A program made the position numbers and the translations under genes. The notes beneath the pieces were generated by a model, which saw nothing but the letters and a program-made list of their open reading frames with translations, had not been told where the DNA came from and did not search any database. Shown piece by piece: positions 1 to 11,496 of a stretch of 64,000 nt of DNA; positions within the stretch are counted from its first letter, which is position 1; each line of letters begins with the position of its first letter. Source of the DNA: Macrostomum hystrix (lineage: Eukaryota; Animalia; Platyhelminthes). The stretch spans positions 2,294,001-2,358,000 of the forward strand of contig CATNEN010000039.1 in the NCBI GenBank assembly GCA_950097015.1, given 5' to 3'.

Positions 1-580
1 CTTACTGTCTGACAGCGTCCACTGTCCTTCAGCCTGTGTGTCTGACAGCGTCCACTGTCCTTCAGCCTGTGTGTCTGACAGCGTCCACTGTCCTTCAGCC
101 TGTGTGTCTGACAGCGTCCACTGTCCTTCAGCCTGTGTGTCTGACAGCGTCCACTGTCCTTCAGCCTGTGTGTCTGACAGCGTCCACTGTCCTTCAGCCT
201 GTGTGTCTGACAGCGTCCACTGTCCTTCAGCCTGTGTGTCTGACAGCGTCCACTGTCCTTCAGCCTGTGTGTCTGACAGCGTCCACTGTCCTTCAGCCTG
301 TGTGTCTGACAGCGTCCACTGTCCTTCAGCCTGTGTGTCTGACAGCATCCACTGTCCTTCAGCCTGTGTGTCTGACAGCATCCACTGTCCTTCAGCCTGT
401 GTGTCTGACAGCGTCCACTGTCCTTCAGCCTGTGTGTCTAACAGCGTCCACTGTCCTTCAGCCTGTGTGTCTGACAGCGTCCACTGTCCTTCAGCGTGTG
501 TGTCTGACAGCGTCCACTGTCCTTCAGCGTGTCCTTCAGCCAGCACCTCCTGTTGTTCAGCCAGCACCTCTTGTCCTTCA
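1..580. repeat. 33-bp minisatellite
   Basis: (GTGTGTCTGACAGCGTCCACTGTCCTTCAGCCT)n. Confidence 0.95.
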
Positions 581-718
581 GCTAGCACAGTTTAAGTTAT
601 TCAGTAAAGACAAAAATGTATTCTTGTTTTTCAGTTTTTACAATGTACTTTTTTTATTTACATCAATGCCAGATAGCAATTACTGGATATGTAAGAGGCA
701 CAGGCAGGTCAGGGCGGG

Positions 719-1948
719 TTATATCTCGTCCGGGTCGCTGATCACGGTGCCGTCTGGTCGAGTCAGAGCACAATGACCTGCGGCTACATGCAAGTCGGTT
801 CCGTCCGCTGCCGACCTGGACGCATTGTCTTCGCTGGTTGAATCGACAAATTCGATGTCCAGTTGTTCGTCTTCATTCGACCGATAGCCATTCGCAGCCT
901 CGGTGTTGGCTCTGGCAGCCGAGGACGTCAGGAAGAGTTCCGGCGTCTGCCGCTGCAGCCTTCGCCGCCTTCGCTTCCGTCGCCAGCGGACAAAGAGGAC
1001 AGCCACGATGATGACTAGCAGCAGCAGCAGCGTCGGCAGCAGCACAGCCAGCGCGATTTCGGAGCTGCGCAATCCGTCCCCGTCAGCATCATCGTCGTCT
1101 CGTCGTCTGTGACTGGCTGTCGCTGTGTTGCAGGCGATGGTCGCTCGCGTGACCAGGTCAGCCACAGACAGGTAGACTCGCCAGACGGCCTCCGGGTCGC
1201 CCGAGGAGCTGGCCGAAGCCGCAGCCACCTCGTGCATCACCAGCTGCTGCAGCGCCACGCCAAGCATGTTGCGCCAGAGCGGTCGCAGCTTCACGCAGTC
1301 TCGCAAGCTTATCGGCAACGAGCCGTTGTCGCTGCCGCCTCCAGACGGATCAGGCAGCGGAGCCAGTCTGGCGTAGAACACGCCGAACGAGTCCAGCTCC
1401 CGCCGAGCCTGGGCCGAGTCGATCGCCAGCTGTCGGACAAAGTCCATGAATGCGCCGGAGAACACGTTATAGGTGTCGAAGGCCACGTCCTGGTAGCTGG
1501 ACGATGTCGAAGATGGCGCCGAATGTGGCAGCGCTGCAGTCGCGGACGCAGCGCCTGAGATGCTGAGCTTCACGTCGGCCTTGAGGCAGTCCAAGGCGGG
1601 CAGCAGGCCGCCCAGGGTGGGGTCGGGGCAGCAGAGGTCGAAGCAGCCCGTGCCGGCCGGCCGGGCCAGCCAGCGCTTTGCGCAGGTGGCTGCTTCGCCC
1701 AGCTGCGGCCGCAGACGCAGGTTCAGCGCGGCTATCCCGCTGGCAAAGTCTGCCGCTAAAGAGGCCGCTTCGCTGCGGTCTTCTGACTTGGAGTCTGCCG
1801 CAGCCACGGCCGCCAGGGTTTGTGCCAGGCTCCGGTGCAGGCTGCTGAAGTTGCAACCGGAGCCGCATATGTCGGCCAGGCTGATGGCGTTGCAGTCGGA
1901 GAACGCTGCCGCGGTCAGCACTAGCAGCAGCAGCGGCCGCGGCGGCAT
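719..1948 (-). CDS. Uncharacterised single-pass type I membrane protein (409 aa)
   Basis: ATG 1948 follows a pyrimidine tract and AG; signal peptide MPPRPLLLLVLTAAAFS; Cys-containing ectodomain; TM IALAVLLPTLLLLLVIIVAVLFV followed by a polybasic stop-transfer segment. Confidence 0.75.
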   Translation of the reverse strand: MPPRPLLLLVLTAAAFSDCNAISLADICGSGCNFSSLHRSLAQTLAAVAAADSKSEDRSEAASLAADFASGIAALNLRLRPQLGEAATCAKRWLARPAGTGCFDLCCPDPTLGGLLPALDCLKADVKLSISGAASATAALPHSAPSSTSSSYQDVAFDTYNVFSGAFMDFVRQLAIDSAQARRELDSFGVFYARLAPLPDPSGGGSDNGSLPISLRDCVKLRPLWRNMLGVALQQLVMHEVAAASASSSGDPEAVWRVYLSVADLVTRATIACNTATASHRRRDDDDADGDGLRSSEIALAVLLPTLLLLLVIIVAVLFVRWRRKRRRRRLQRQTPELFLTSSAARANTEAANGYRSNEDEQLDIEFVDSTSEDNASRSAADGTDLHVAAGHCALTRPDGTVISDPDEI

Positions 1949-3234
1949 TACTGTACAGAAGAAAAGAGGAACAGAGAAGCCAAGAATAATCAAGCCAGGT
2001 TTTATGAAACAGCTCGCGCGGTGGTAAATACCGTTCCTGTACAGCTTGGAGCAGCGAGCGATGCTGGGCAAAGATAGCCTTTATGCTGCCCATTTCTCAG
2101 AGCACCTCCCTCCGCCCCGTGAGCACACTCTGCGAGCGTATCTTCGGCTTTCGTCTCCCAAGGTGAAAGACGCTCCACCTTAATAAGAAATTATTTTATT
2201 CTGTCTTCTAAGAATTGTGTGCTGCACTGTGGCTTGACTGAGCACAATGCATTCTCAGCAGTGAGTTTCTTCTAGGCTGAGTTATTCTAAAATCGTCTCA
2301 TTGCTTACTTGCACTCTGTGCCCCATTTGCCATATAAATACGACTCGCACGCCTGCGAATCTAAATGACGTCTGGAGTTCGATCCCAGCCCACGAGAAAC
2401 TATTTGTGTCTTCAGTTCACCCAGCTTCAAAAGATGTGCCTAGAAACTTACTGTTCGTTAACACGGATCAGCGCTGACTTGATTGGCATGAAACTGACAC
2501 GTAGGCTGAACAATTCCCTAATACCACACCTGTCTGGCCTACTTGCTAGAGACAGACTGAAAACGCGAGTTCTGCTTTCATAAAAGCCTGCATGCAAAAT
2601 CGGAAGTTCAGTTCCATTTCGCTCAATCTGTTTCTGCCCAATAAAATTGTCTATTTCTCTCATTCTCTCTCTGCCTCCCAGTTCTCAAGTGCGAACTCGG
2701 CCCCAATGGTTGAGTATGGCTTCCTCTTCCTTGCATCTCCGTCCAGATTGGGAGTCTTGAATTCAGGGCGAGGAGAACTGTTCTCAGGCCTAGCGACTGC
2801 TCCGTCCAACCCGAGCCAGATCCGTGCAGCACTCGAAATAGAAACTCAAACGAAGGCGACGGACCACCAATTATGGGACCTGCTACAGTGTGCGTGTGTG
2901 AGTGTGTGTAAGTTCCCCATTCAAAGTTATCCGCTTGTTAGCCTACGTCCCTAGGACTCAAGTTTGCCTACAGTGAAGGAAGAGTGAGATGTGTGTGGTG
3001 GTGGTGGTGTAGTTATGAGCACAGCTCAGGATAGAATAGATGTGAGCAGCTCATGGGCCAAAAAAAGTCAAAACCAGAACTTTCGCTTCTTCCTTCCTTT
3101 TTTGATTGATAAGTTTGCTAAAAAACTTTGTAGGCTCGCACCAAAACTGGCTTTTCTGTTTAGCAATGTGCGGATCTGCCTACTCTGGATAAGTAGTAGG
3201 TTAGGCTTTGATTAGGGCCAGTGGGATAACGGGA

Positions 3235-3608
3235 GCCATGAAGGGATGACAGCGGGTGCCATGAAGGGATGACAGCGGGTGCCATGAAGGGATGACAGCG
3301 GGTGCCATGAGGGGATGACAGCGTGTGCCATGAAAGGATGACAGCGTGTGCCATGAGGTGATGACAGCGGGTACCATCAAGCGATGACAGCGAGTGCCAT
3401 GATGGAATGACAGCGGGAGCGATGAAGGATGACAGCAGGTGCCATGAAAGGATGACAGCGGGTTCCATGAAAGGATGACAGCGGGTGCCGTGAAGGAATG
3501 ACAGCGGGTGCCATGAGGGGATGACAGCAGGTGCCATGAAAGGATGACAGCGGGTGCCATGAATGGATGACAGCGGGTGCCATGAAGGGATGAATAGCAG
3601 GTGCCATG
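3235..3608. repeat. 23-bp minisatellite
   Basis: (GCCATGAAGGGATGACAGCGGGT)n. Confidence 0.9.
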
Positions 3609-3852
3609 ATTTCACCCGCTGTTACCATTGGTATCATGGAATCATGTTTCCTGTTGTTGTTAGAAAACAAATATATACTTTTTGCGTGAAGTTTCAGGGT
3701 TATTTTCTAAGAAAGCATTTATTTACTTAAGCATAAAAGCATAAAAGGAATGATTTCTTTAATCACGTAGACACGCTGACAAATCATCAGCACAAGCACT
3801 AGACAAATGCAGAGTTGATTTTTTGTTGGTTAAAAGTACATATTCGATGCAG

Positions 3853-6800
3853 TCATGCGCGATTCAGGGATTCCAGCGGCTGGGACAGCGGCGCCTGTCG
3901 CTTCCTAGCCGGCACCTTCAGCGTCCCGTCGGCCTCGAACTCCTCGTCGATGGTCTCCACCGTCAGCGCGTCCGAGGAGCAGTAAACATTGACTCCACCG
4001 CCGCTGCCGACAACAAAGCCTCCTTGCCGTACTTGAAGTCCATCCCGATCCTCGTCAGGCTGTTGTGGTGGCTGCTGCTGCTGCTGCTGAGGCCCGCTCT
4101 CGTGTCGCAGCCGGGCGGATGCGTTGAGCTGCTTGGAGCTGAGGCAGCGCTGCAGGTCCGTGCTCGACGCAGCCAACCGATTCAGCTGCTGCTGCGAGCT
4201 TCGCAGCTGCTCGCCCAGCCGGTTGATCTCCGCCTGCTGCGCCGCCACCAGCTGCAGAATGTTGTCCGGCACAGCCGCCGATGAGGAAGGCGAAAATGTT
4301 GGCGAACGCTGGTTCGGCAACGGCTTCGTAGCCATGACGGGCGAAGCTGTCGCGGTCGCGAGGCCACGGCTGACTAGCTGGTGTTGACGAACGCTGTGGA
4401 ACGAGTGCCGGCCGGGTTGGTCGCGATTGAAAAACGAGCCTCCGCCAGCACCGGCGCCAGCACCGCCCCTGCTGCTGCTGCTGCTGCTGCTGCCGTTGCC
4501 GCCGACTACTCCGGTGTTGATTCCGACACCCTGTGAGCCGAAGCCGTTATTACGACGCCCGCTGCCGCTGATGAGCGGCGAGTACTCTGCATCAGTGTAG
4601 ATTGAAGGCGAAGGCCACGAGGCGTCAGCGCCTCCCGCCAGGGTCGCCGTAGCTGATGCTGAAGCGACAACGTCAGCTGGGGAGAAGCCGCCGATGGTGA
4701 ATTGCTGGCCGAGAGAATGCGCGGACAACCAGCCTGCGGTGCCGTCCACGGGGACTGCTTGGCGGAAAGTGGCGGGTGCTCAAATGCCATTTTACATATT
4801 TTTATTCGTATCATTTATTTTACTATTTGCTGGTTCTCTACTGTTAGTAGGCAACTCAGCGTATAAGTACCGACAAATCTAGACTCTGTGATTGAGGTTA
4901 GCGTGTTGCGAAACATCGGGGCTTTGCTGTAAGCTCGTTGCTAAATTTACTCACTTGTAAGCTCAACATCTCGCCGTTTCTGATGCCTTCTCCTGCAGTA
5001 GCAGCTTAAGAGTCCGCCGATCAGACATGCCAGCAGCAGCACAATGGCTACAGACAAGGAGACAGCGAGCACGTGACCTAGCGTGATTGGCCCGTCTGGA
5101 ATGAGGAGAAATGGCCAGCGATAGAGCTAAAACTAGAGCTTTGTTGTACCTTCACTGCACCTGACTTAAACTTCAGTTCTCTGCCCCCATCACCCTGTCC
5201 TCTCTCCCCATCACCCTGTCCTCTCTCCCCATCACCCTGTCCTCTCTCCCCATCACCCTGTCCTCTCTCCCCATCACCCTGTCCTCTCTCCCCATCACTC
5301 TGTCCTCTCTCCCCATCACCCTGTCCTCTCTCCCCATCACCCTGTCCTCTCTCCCCATCACCCTGTCCTCTCTCCCCATCACCCTGTCCTCTCTCCCCAT
5401 CACCCTGTCCTCTCTCCCCATCACCCTGTCCTCTCTCCCCATCACCCTGTCCTCTCTCCCCATCACTCTGTCCTCTCTCCCCATCACCCTGTCCTCTCTC
5501 CCCATCACCCTGTCCTCTCTCCCCATCACCCTGTCCTCTCTCCCCATCACCCTGTCCTCTCTCCCCATCACCCTGTCCTCTCTCCCCATCACTCTGTCCT
5601 CTCTCCCCATCACCCTGTCCTCTCTCCCCATCACCCTGTCCTCTCCCCCCATCACCCTGTCCTCTCTCCCCATCACCCTGTCCTCTCTCCCCATCACCCT
5701 GTCCTCTCTCCCCATCACTCTGTCCTCTCTCCCCATCACCCTGTCCTCTCTCCCCATCACCCTGTCCTCTCTCCCCATCACCCTGTCCTCTCTCCCCATC
5801 ACCCTGTCCTCTCTCCCCATCACCCTGTCCTCTCTCCCCATCACCCTGTCCTCTCTCCCCATCACCCTGTCCTCTCTCCCCATCACCCTGTCCTCTCCCC
5901 CCATCACCCTGTCCTCTCCCCCCATTACCCTGTCCTCTCCCCCCATCACCCTGTCCTCTCCCCCCATCACCCTGTCCTCTCCCCCCATCACCCTGTCCTC
6001 TCCCCCCATCACTCTGTCCTCTCCCCCCATCACTCTGTCCTCTCTCCCCATCACCCTGTCCTCTCTCCCCATCACCCTGTCCTCTCCCCCCATCACTCTG
6101 TCCTCTCTCCCCATCACTCTGTCCTCTCTCCCATAAATCTGTCCCCTCTCGATTCTCTCTTCTCAAACTGTCTTCCTTATCTTCCTCATCCTGTCTCCCC
6201 CATTTCACCATCATCTGATCCTATCCATGCTACTAACCCCTAATCTCCCTAGCCTCATCAGTTTTCTGTCGATTTCCCAAATACTCTTGTTCGTCTTACA
6301 ATGCTTCGACAAAGCAAGCTCACATATTTTCATTCGAAACCAGTCGTCAGGTGATTCAATTGACGAAGCCGAAGTCGTTGCCATGGTTACAGTTGCTAGG
6401 CCTGCGCCCATGTGCTCTGTGCAGATGTGTTTAATTTGATAATAATGAAACCACGAGACACAGAGAGAATGGGGGGCTTGTTGCAGGTTTTGATTTAGAG
6501 CTTCGGACTTCTAAACGAGAGGTTGCGAGTTCGAGTCAGCTTTTTGTGTCAATGAGTAAGACACCCAACTCCCTAATGCTTTAGTTCGGTAATGGGAAGT
6601 GAGCAATCACAGGTATCAAGCCCTCCTCTCACTTGTTCCAGAATTAGACGTTGTCAGCAACCGCAGCGCTTCCAAAGTTGTCAACTCTCTCGCCTTTGTA
6701 GTTGTTTCGCTAGCCGTGGTCGCCGTCGTCCTTGTCAACGCTGTCAACATCGTCACCGGCGTCACCGTGACGAGGCTGACCGCGCGTAGCAGCATGAACT

Positions 6801-7191
6801 GGCAGGTGTAGTTGCCGATGTGTTTCTGGCTGACGTTTGAGAAGTCGTACTCAATCGTCACTTCCTGACTATCCGACGGTGGCAGAAGCCGACGCTGCAG
6901 CTCGCAGCTGGCCGACGTCAGCTCCGGGATGCTCGCCGCGCTGGGTGGTCGTCGGCAATCTTCAAAGCAGGGGACAGGCGGCCAGAGTCCGGTCAGCAGC
7001 GGACAGGCCAGCCGAAGGGCCAGACCCGACGGACCGGTGGCGCTGCAGCGAAATCGCAGGCTGCCACCGGCTACGAGGTTCACGGAGCTCGGCCCGCCCT
7101 CCAACGTCTGGGCCGCCGCGCCTGCCGCTGCTGTCAGAACTATCAGCAGCGCCAGCTTGACCCCGAATGGTCTAGAACAGGCGGCGCTCAT
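3853..7191 (-). CDS. Ig-domain single-pass membrane protein; exons 7191-6633, 6401(or 6416)-6324, 5095-4955, 4754-3853; ~559 aa
   Basis: Signal peptide; Ig-like motifs [12 protein letters not shown] and [12 protein letters not shown]; Thr-rich stalk; TM exon [30 protein letters not shown] (not in the ORF track). All introns phase 1 GT-AG, total 1680 nt. Confidence 0.75.
5184..6134. repeat. 21-bp intronic minisatellite
   Basis: (CCCCATCACCCTGTCCTCTCT)n. Confidence 0.95.
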
Positions 7192-7639
7192 CGTTCGCCC
7201 AGAATTCGCCAGCTCGGCTTTTGTTTTGTTAGTCTGTTGAGCAGGCTTTAGCAGCCAGACACTGGGCTAACACTGAGCTTTTGTTTAAAATCTTGAAAAG
7301 TATTTGTCTCTCTACCTCTTAAATTGTTCTCACAGCCCGACCCACGTCACATCTCTCTGCCTCACTTACCGTCTCTCACTGTACAATGGTTAAAGCATGG
7401 AATAAGCAAGCCATAGTTGGGCATCAGTTTTTCAGCTCGGCCTTGTTTGATTTAAAATCTGCTTGACGATTAAAAGTATTAAGCTTTTTTCACGTTTTAA
7501 TGCAGTTTCTGCATCAATTAGCACGAGAATTGCAAAATAAATAACTGACTCAAAATTTTCTTGACAACCGACCAAATGGCTGTTGTAGCCATTGAAGGTC
7601 CAGCAGTTCGTCTAGATAAATTTTAGGTGACGACCAAAG

Positions 7640-7925
7640 ACGGAGATGATGCAGGCACATTCGGGTGACATGCTGACAAATTTTGAAAGCCTGGCAAGGC
7701 CGCACTGAGGCGCAGTGCTAATTAGTGTATAGGGTGTACGAAATACACTAGCTTTAATAGGAAAAATCTGACTTTCTGCCAGAATCATTGAATATCTCGA
7801 CGGTCTGGAGGTCTGGCGACTTGATTCTTGTTTCAGAAGATGCGCAACAAAAATTTGGCCCGGTTCTTCAGTTTCGTGTGATTACCTTGCTCCGTTCGGG
7901 TGCAGTAAAAATTGTCAGGGGGAAT
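7640..7925. repeat. Dispersed ~290-bp repeat, copy 1
   Basis: CGGAGATGATGCAGGCACATT...GATTCTTGTTTCAGAAGATGCGCAACAAAAA...TTGTCAGGGGGA also at 42748-43035. Confidence 0.75.
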
Positions 7926-8249
7926 CCCCCGCTTGGTAGTTCTAGTTAATTAATTACTCGTAAAATAAAATTGTTTTGTAGATTGGACATCCAGAAAACG
8001 CTGTCTTTTTATCGCATTTTATAATCGGAACGTGAAAAATAATCAGTTCAACTTTTATCCGAATTTGGTTCGGCCGAGTCGATATTATATAACTTTTCAA
8101 GCGATTGTTGTGCACATGGGTTTGTCAACTTTGTCTTGTCTTAGCAATTATGTGGTCATTTTTTATTACCACACGCTTATTTTCTTCTCGACACCAAATA
8201 CCAAATAAATTAACAGTGCCAGTGACCCGCTATGTTCTGATTGGTTGGA

Positions 8250-8458
8250 GGTTTGTCAGTCTGCCCCAAACCAAACTGGTGTGATTAGGAATGAGGAGGG
8301 GTTTTGGGGGGTTTGAAAGCCTGCCCAAAACCAAACTTGTGTGATTAGGAATGAGGAGGGGTTTTGGGGGGTTTGAAAGCCTGCCCAAAACCAAACTTGT
8401 GTGATTAGGAATGAGGAGGGGTTTTGGGGGGTTTGTCAGTCTGCCCAAAACCAAACCT
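8250..8458. repeat. 60-bp tandem repeat, ~3.5 copies
   Basis: GTGATTAGGAATGAGGAGGGGTTTTGGGGGG at 8281, 8341 and 8401. Confidence 0.9.
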
Positions 8459-9145
8459 GTCTGAGCCAGCATGAAGGTCTGGGGTAGTTTGCTTATCAAT
8501 AACAGCCAATTAAAAGTACGAGTGCAAATCCTTATTTTTTCACATAAACAGCTTATCAGTTAACTCCTTCGGGCCCTGGAGCGGGGCCCAGGAGCCCCGC
8601 TGATTTACTTCTCACTGAACAGTTTGTATTAGACTTTACCAGTTAAAACATCTGAGGCTAGCCAAAATTTGAAGCCGAGTGTGTCATTGCCGCAAAAGCA
8701 GTAATTTTCGACTGTTTTATTACTAGCGCAGTCTTCTATTCAAAGTTATCATTTTATCTTTGAAACCATTCGCTGTTTTCGCCGTTACCAGTGGCAGGTG
8801 TTTTTTAAAACAAGGGTTGTACTCGTAAATACATCTCTGCTATTAGAGGCCATTTAAACTGTGCTCCCGTTTTCCTAACTTAACTGCTAGTCAAACTGGA
8901 GTTCTGTTTCAGTGCAAATTGTTTATGACCCACCTCCTTTGAGTTGTTTCTTGTTTCTTGCCTTTGAATTTCTTGCCTAGTCATAAATGCTATTCAGTTG
9001 AGGCATTAGGGATAGCGCTAGTTTTGCGTGCTTTACAACAGAAGCTGTGACCTAAACCGTTTTTGCTAATTTTAACTTTAAAGGACAGAATGTTCAACCC
9101 GGATCGAGATGCCTGTCCGAAATGATACCAATGTCACCAGGATAT

Positions 9146-9419
9146 CCAGTTTAGCGCCACTGACTCCCAGTTAAGCGCCACTGACTCCCAGTTAAGCGCC
9201 ACTGACTCCCAGTTTAGCGCCACTGACTCCCAGTTTAGCGCCACTGACTCCCAGTTTAGCGCCACTGACTCCCAGTTTAGCGCCACTGACTCCCAGTTTA
9301 GCGCCACTGACTCCCAGTTTAGCGCCACTGACTCCCAGTTTAGCGCCACTGACTCCCAGTTTAGCGCCACTGACTCCCAGTTTAGCGCCACTGACTCCCA
9401 GTTTAGCGCCACTGACTCC
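9146..9419. repeat. 21-bp minisatellite
   Basis: (CCCAGTTTAGCGCCACTGACT)n. Confidence 0.95.
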
Positions 9420-9424
9420 TATTT

Positions 9425-9630
9425 GACATTCATTTGGGACGAAATCGGAGAGAGACGGCTTCGTGGCTTGTCGTGCAATTTACGCCCTTTAGGGCCAACC
9501 CCAAGGCACAGTGAGAGTGTAATACTGCCTGACGATAAGAAAGACAGGGCAGAAGTACACACTTTGTGTGAGTGTGTACCTGGGTACACACGGAATGGGC
9601 AGAATTGCCTCTTCGCTAGCTAGGGTCTTC
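9425..9630 (+). mobile_element. SINE copy, opposite orientation
   Basis: Reverse complement of the family core (GCTTGTCGTGCAATTTACGCCC...GGGCAGAATTGCCTC). Confidence 0.65.
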
Positions 9631-10250
9631 TATACTGTCACCAAATGATGTGCCCACAGCCCTCCTGCAATTTATTGCCTTTTTTATGCCCATGGCTTCA
9701 GAAAAGTTCTCATTACTCCGTACAGTTTGAGTTGATATAGAAATTCTCAATGCAAAGTCAGCAGAAGGCATCTGCAGGCCTCAAGTAAAAACAATTTAGT
9801 CGAGCCCAGCTGTTTGCAAACAGACTTTGCGCAGAGCTAGAATGCATTTTTTCATTATTACATCGCCTTCTAACTTTTGTACACTCTGACGCAGACATTC
9901 AGACACCGAGTGACACTCGGTAGCCCGCCCTCGCACAGCCCTCTAAAGTAGTTCTGTACTGCATGCTGCTCATCGTGAGAAAGGAATTTGGTCTACAGAG
10001 AAGCTAATGAAGGCTGGGGCCCCCGAGACCCACTCCGATCCGTCACTTGCACTGTTTGCTAAAAATGAACGGTTGGCAATGTCCAGCAGCCCACCTACGC
10101 ACCGCGCCACTCGAACAGAACTACTTTATTAATCACATAGAGTAGAAAACGTTTGGAATTTAACAGTTTACTATTAGTAGAAAGAATGCATGTTCAAACT
10201 TTTTTTGTCACCGTAACCGAGAAAGCCAAAAACCAAAAACCCGACCAAGT

Positions 10251-10976
10251 GCCACTGACTCCCAGTTTAGCGCCACTGACTCCCAGTTTAGTACCACTGA
10301 CTCCCAGTTTAGTACCACTGACTCCCAGTTTAGTACCACTGACTCCCAGTTTAGTACCACTGACTCCCAGTTAAGGGCCACTGACTCCCAGTTTAGTACC
10401 ACTGACTCCCAGTTTAGTACCACTGACTTCCAGTTTAGTACCACTGACTCCCAGTTTAGTACCACTGACTCCCAGTTTAGGGCCACACTGACTCCCAGTT
10501 TAGTACCACTGACTCCCAGTTTAGTACCACTGACTCCCAGTTTAGTACCACTGACTCCCAGTTTAGTACCACTGACTCCCAGTTTAGTACCACTGACTCC
10601 CAGTTTAGCGCCACTGACTCCCAGTTTAGCGCCACTGACTCCCAGTTTAGTACCACTGACTCCCAGTTTAGTACCACTGACTCCCAGTTTAGTACCACTG
10701 ACTCCCAGTTTAGTACCACTGACTCCCAGTTTAGTACCACTGACTCCCAGTTTAGTACCACTGACTCCCAGTTTAGTACCACTGACTCCCAGTTTAGTAC
10801 CACTGACTCCCAGTTTAGTACCACTGACTCCCAGTTTAGTACCACTGACTCCCAGTTTAGTACCACTGACTCCCAGTTTAGTACCACTGACTCCCAGTTT
10901 AGTACCACTGACTCCCAGTTTAGTACCACTGACTCCCAGTTTAGCGCCACTGACTCCCAGTTTAGCGCCACTGACC
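10251..10976. repeat. 21-bp minisatellite, same family as 9146
   Basis: (CCCAGTTTAGTACCACTGACT)n. Confidence 0.95.
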
Positions 10977-11496
10977 CCCCCGCCTGATTGCACCTGACCA
11001 CACCTTGATTCGTGGGCTGCGTATCTTTGGGGGTGGAATTATATTCGCATAATCTCGATTTGAGCTCACGGGAGCAGGTGAGCAGTGCAGAACCGCAAGC
11101 CTTCTTTCCACGCAGAAGCTGAGCAGATGCATGCCGAGCAATCGGATGGATTGCGATCAAATTTTCGACAACAGCACCCACCCCAGCGCCTGCAGTCCTT
11201 TGAGCTGCGTGCAATTTGGACTGCATCTCGGCCCCCGCCTTCTCAGCTTGCGGCCTCAGTCTGAGAGAACCTGGCGTGACAAAGCGGCTTGGCTTTCAAC
11301 GAGCGGTTTCGGCACGTCTAATTAAAGGCCCGCTGCCGACTGAGCTGGATCTAGGTGTCACATTCGCTTGCAACACCTGCTCAGCTCCGCTTTGATGCTT
11401 GTTCCAATCAGTTTTTCTGCCTACTTCGAAGGACAAATCTCGCATCTTACAATTAGGAGATTTTGACGTTTCGGAATTGTGAAGCTTCCGAATTGT

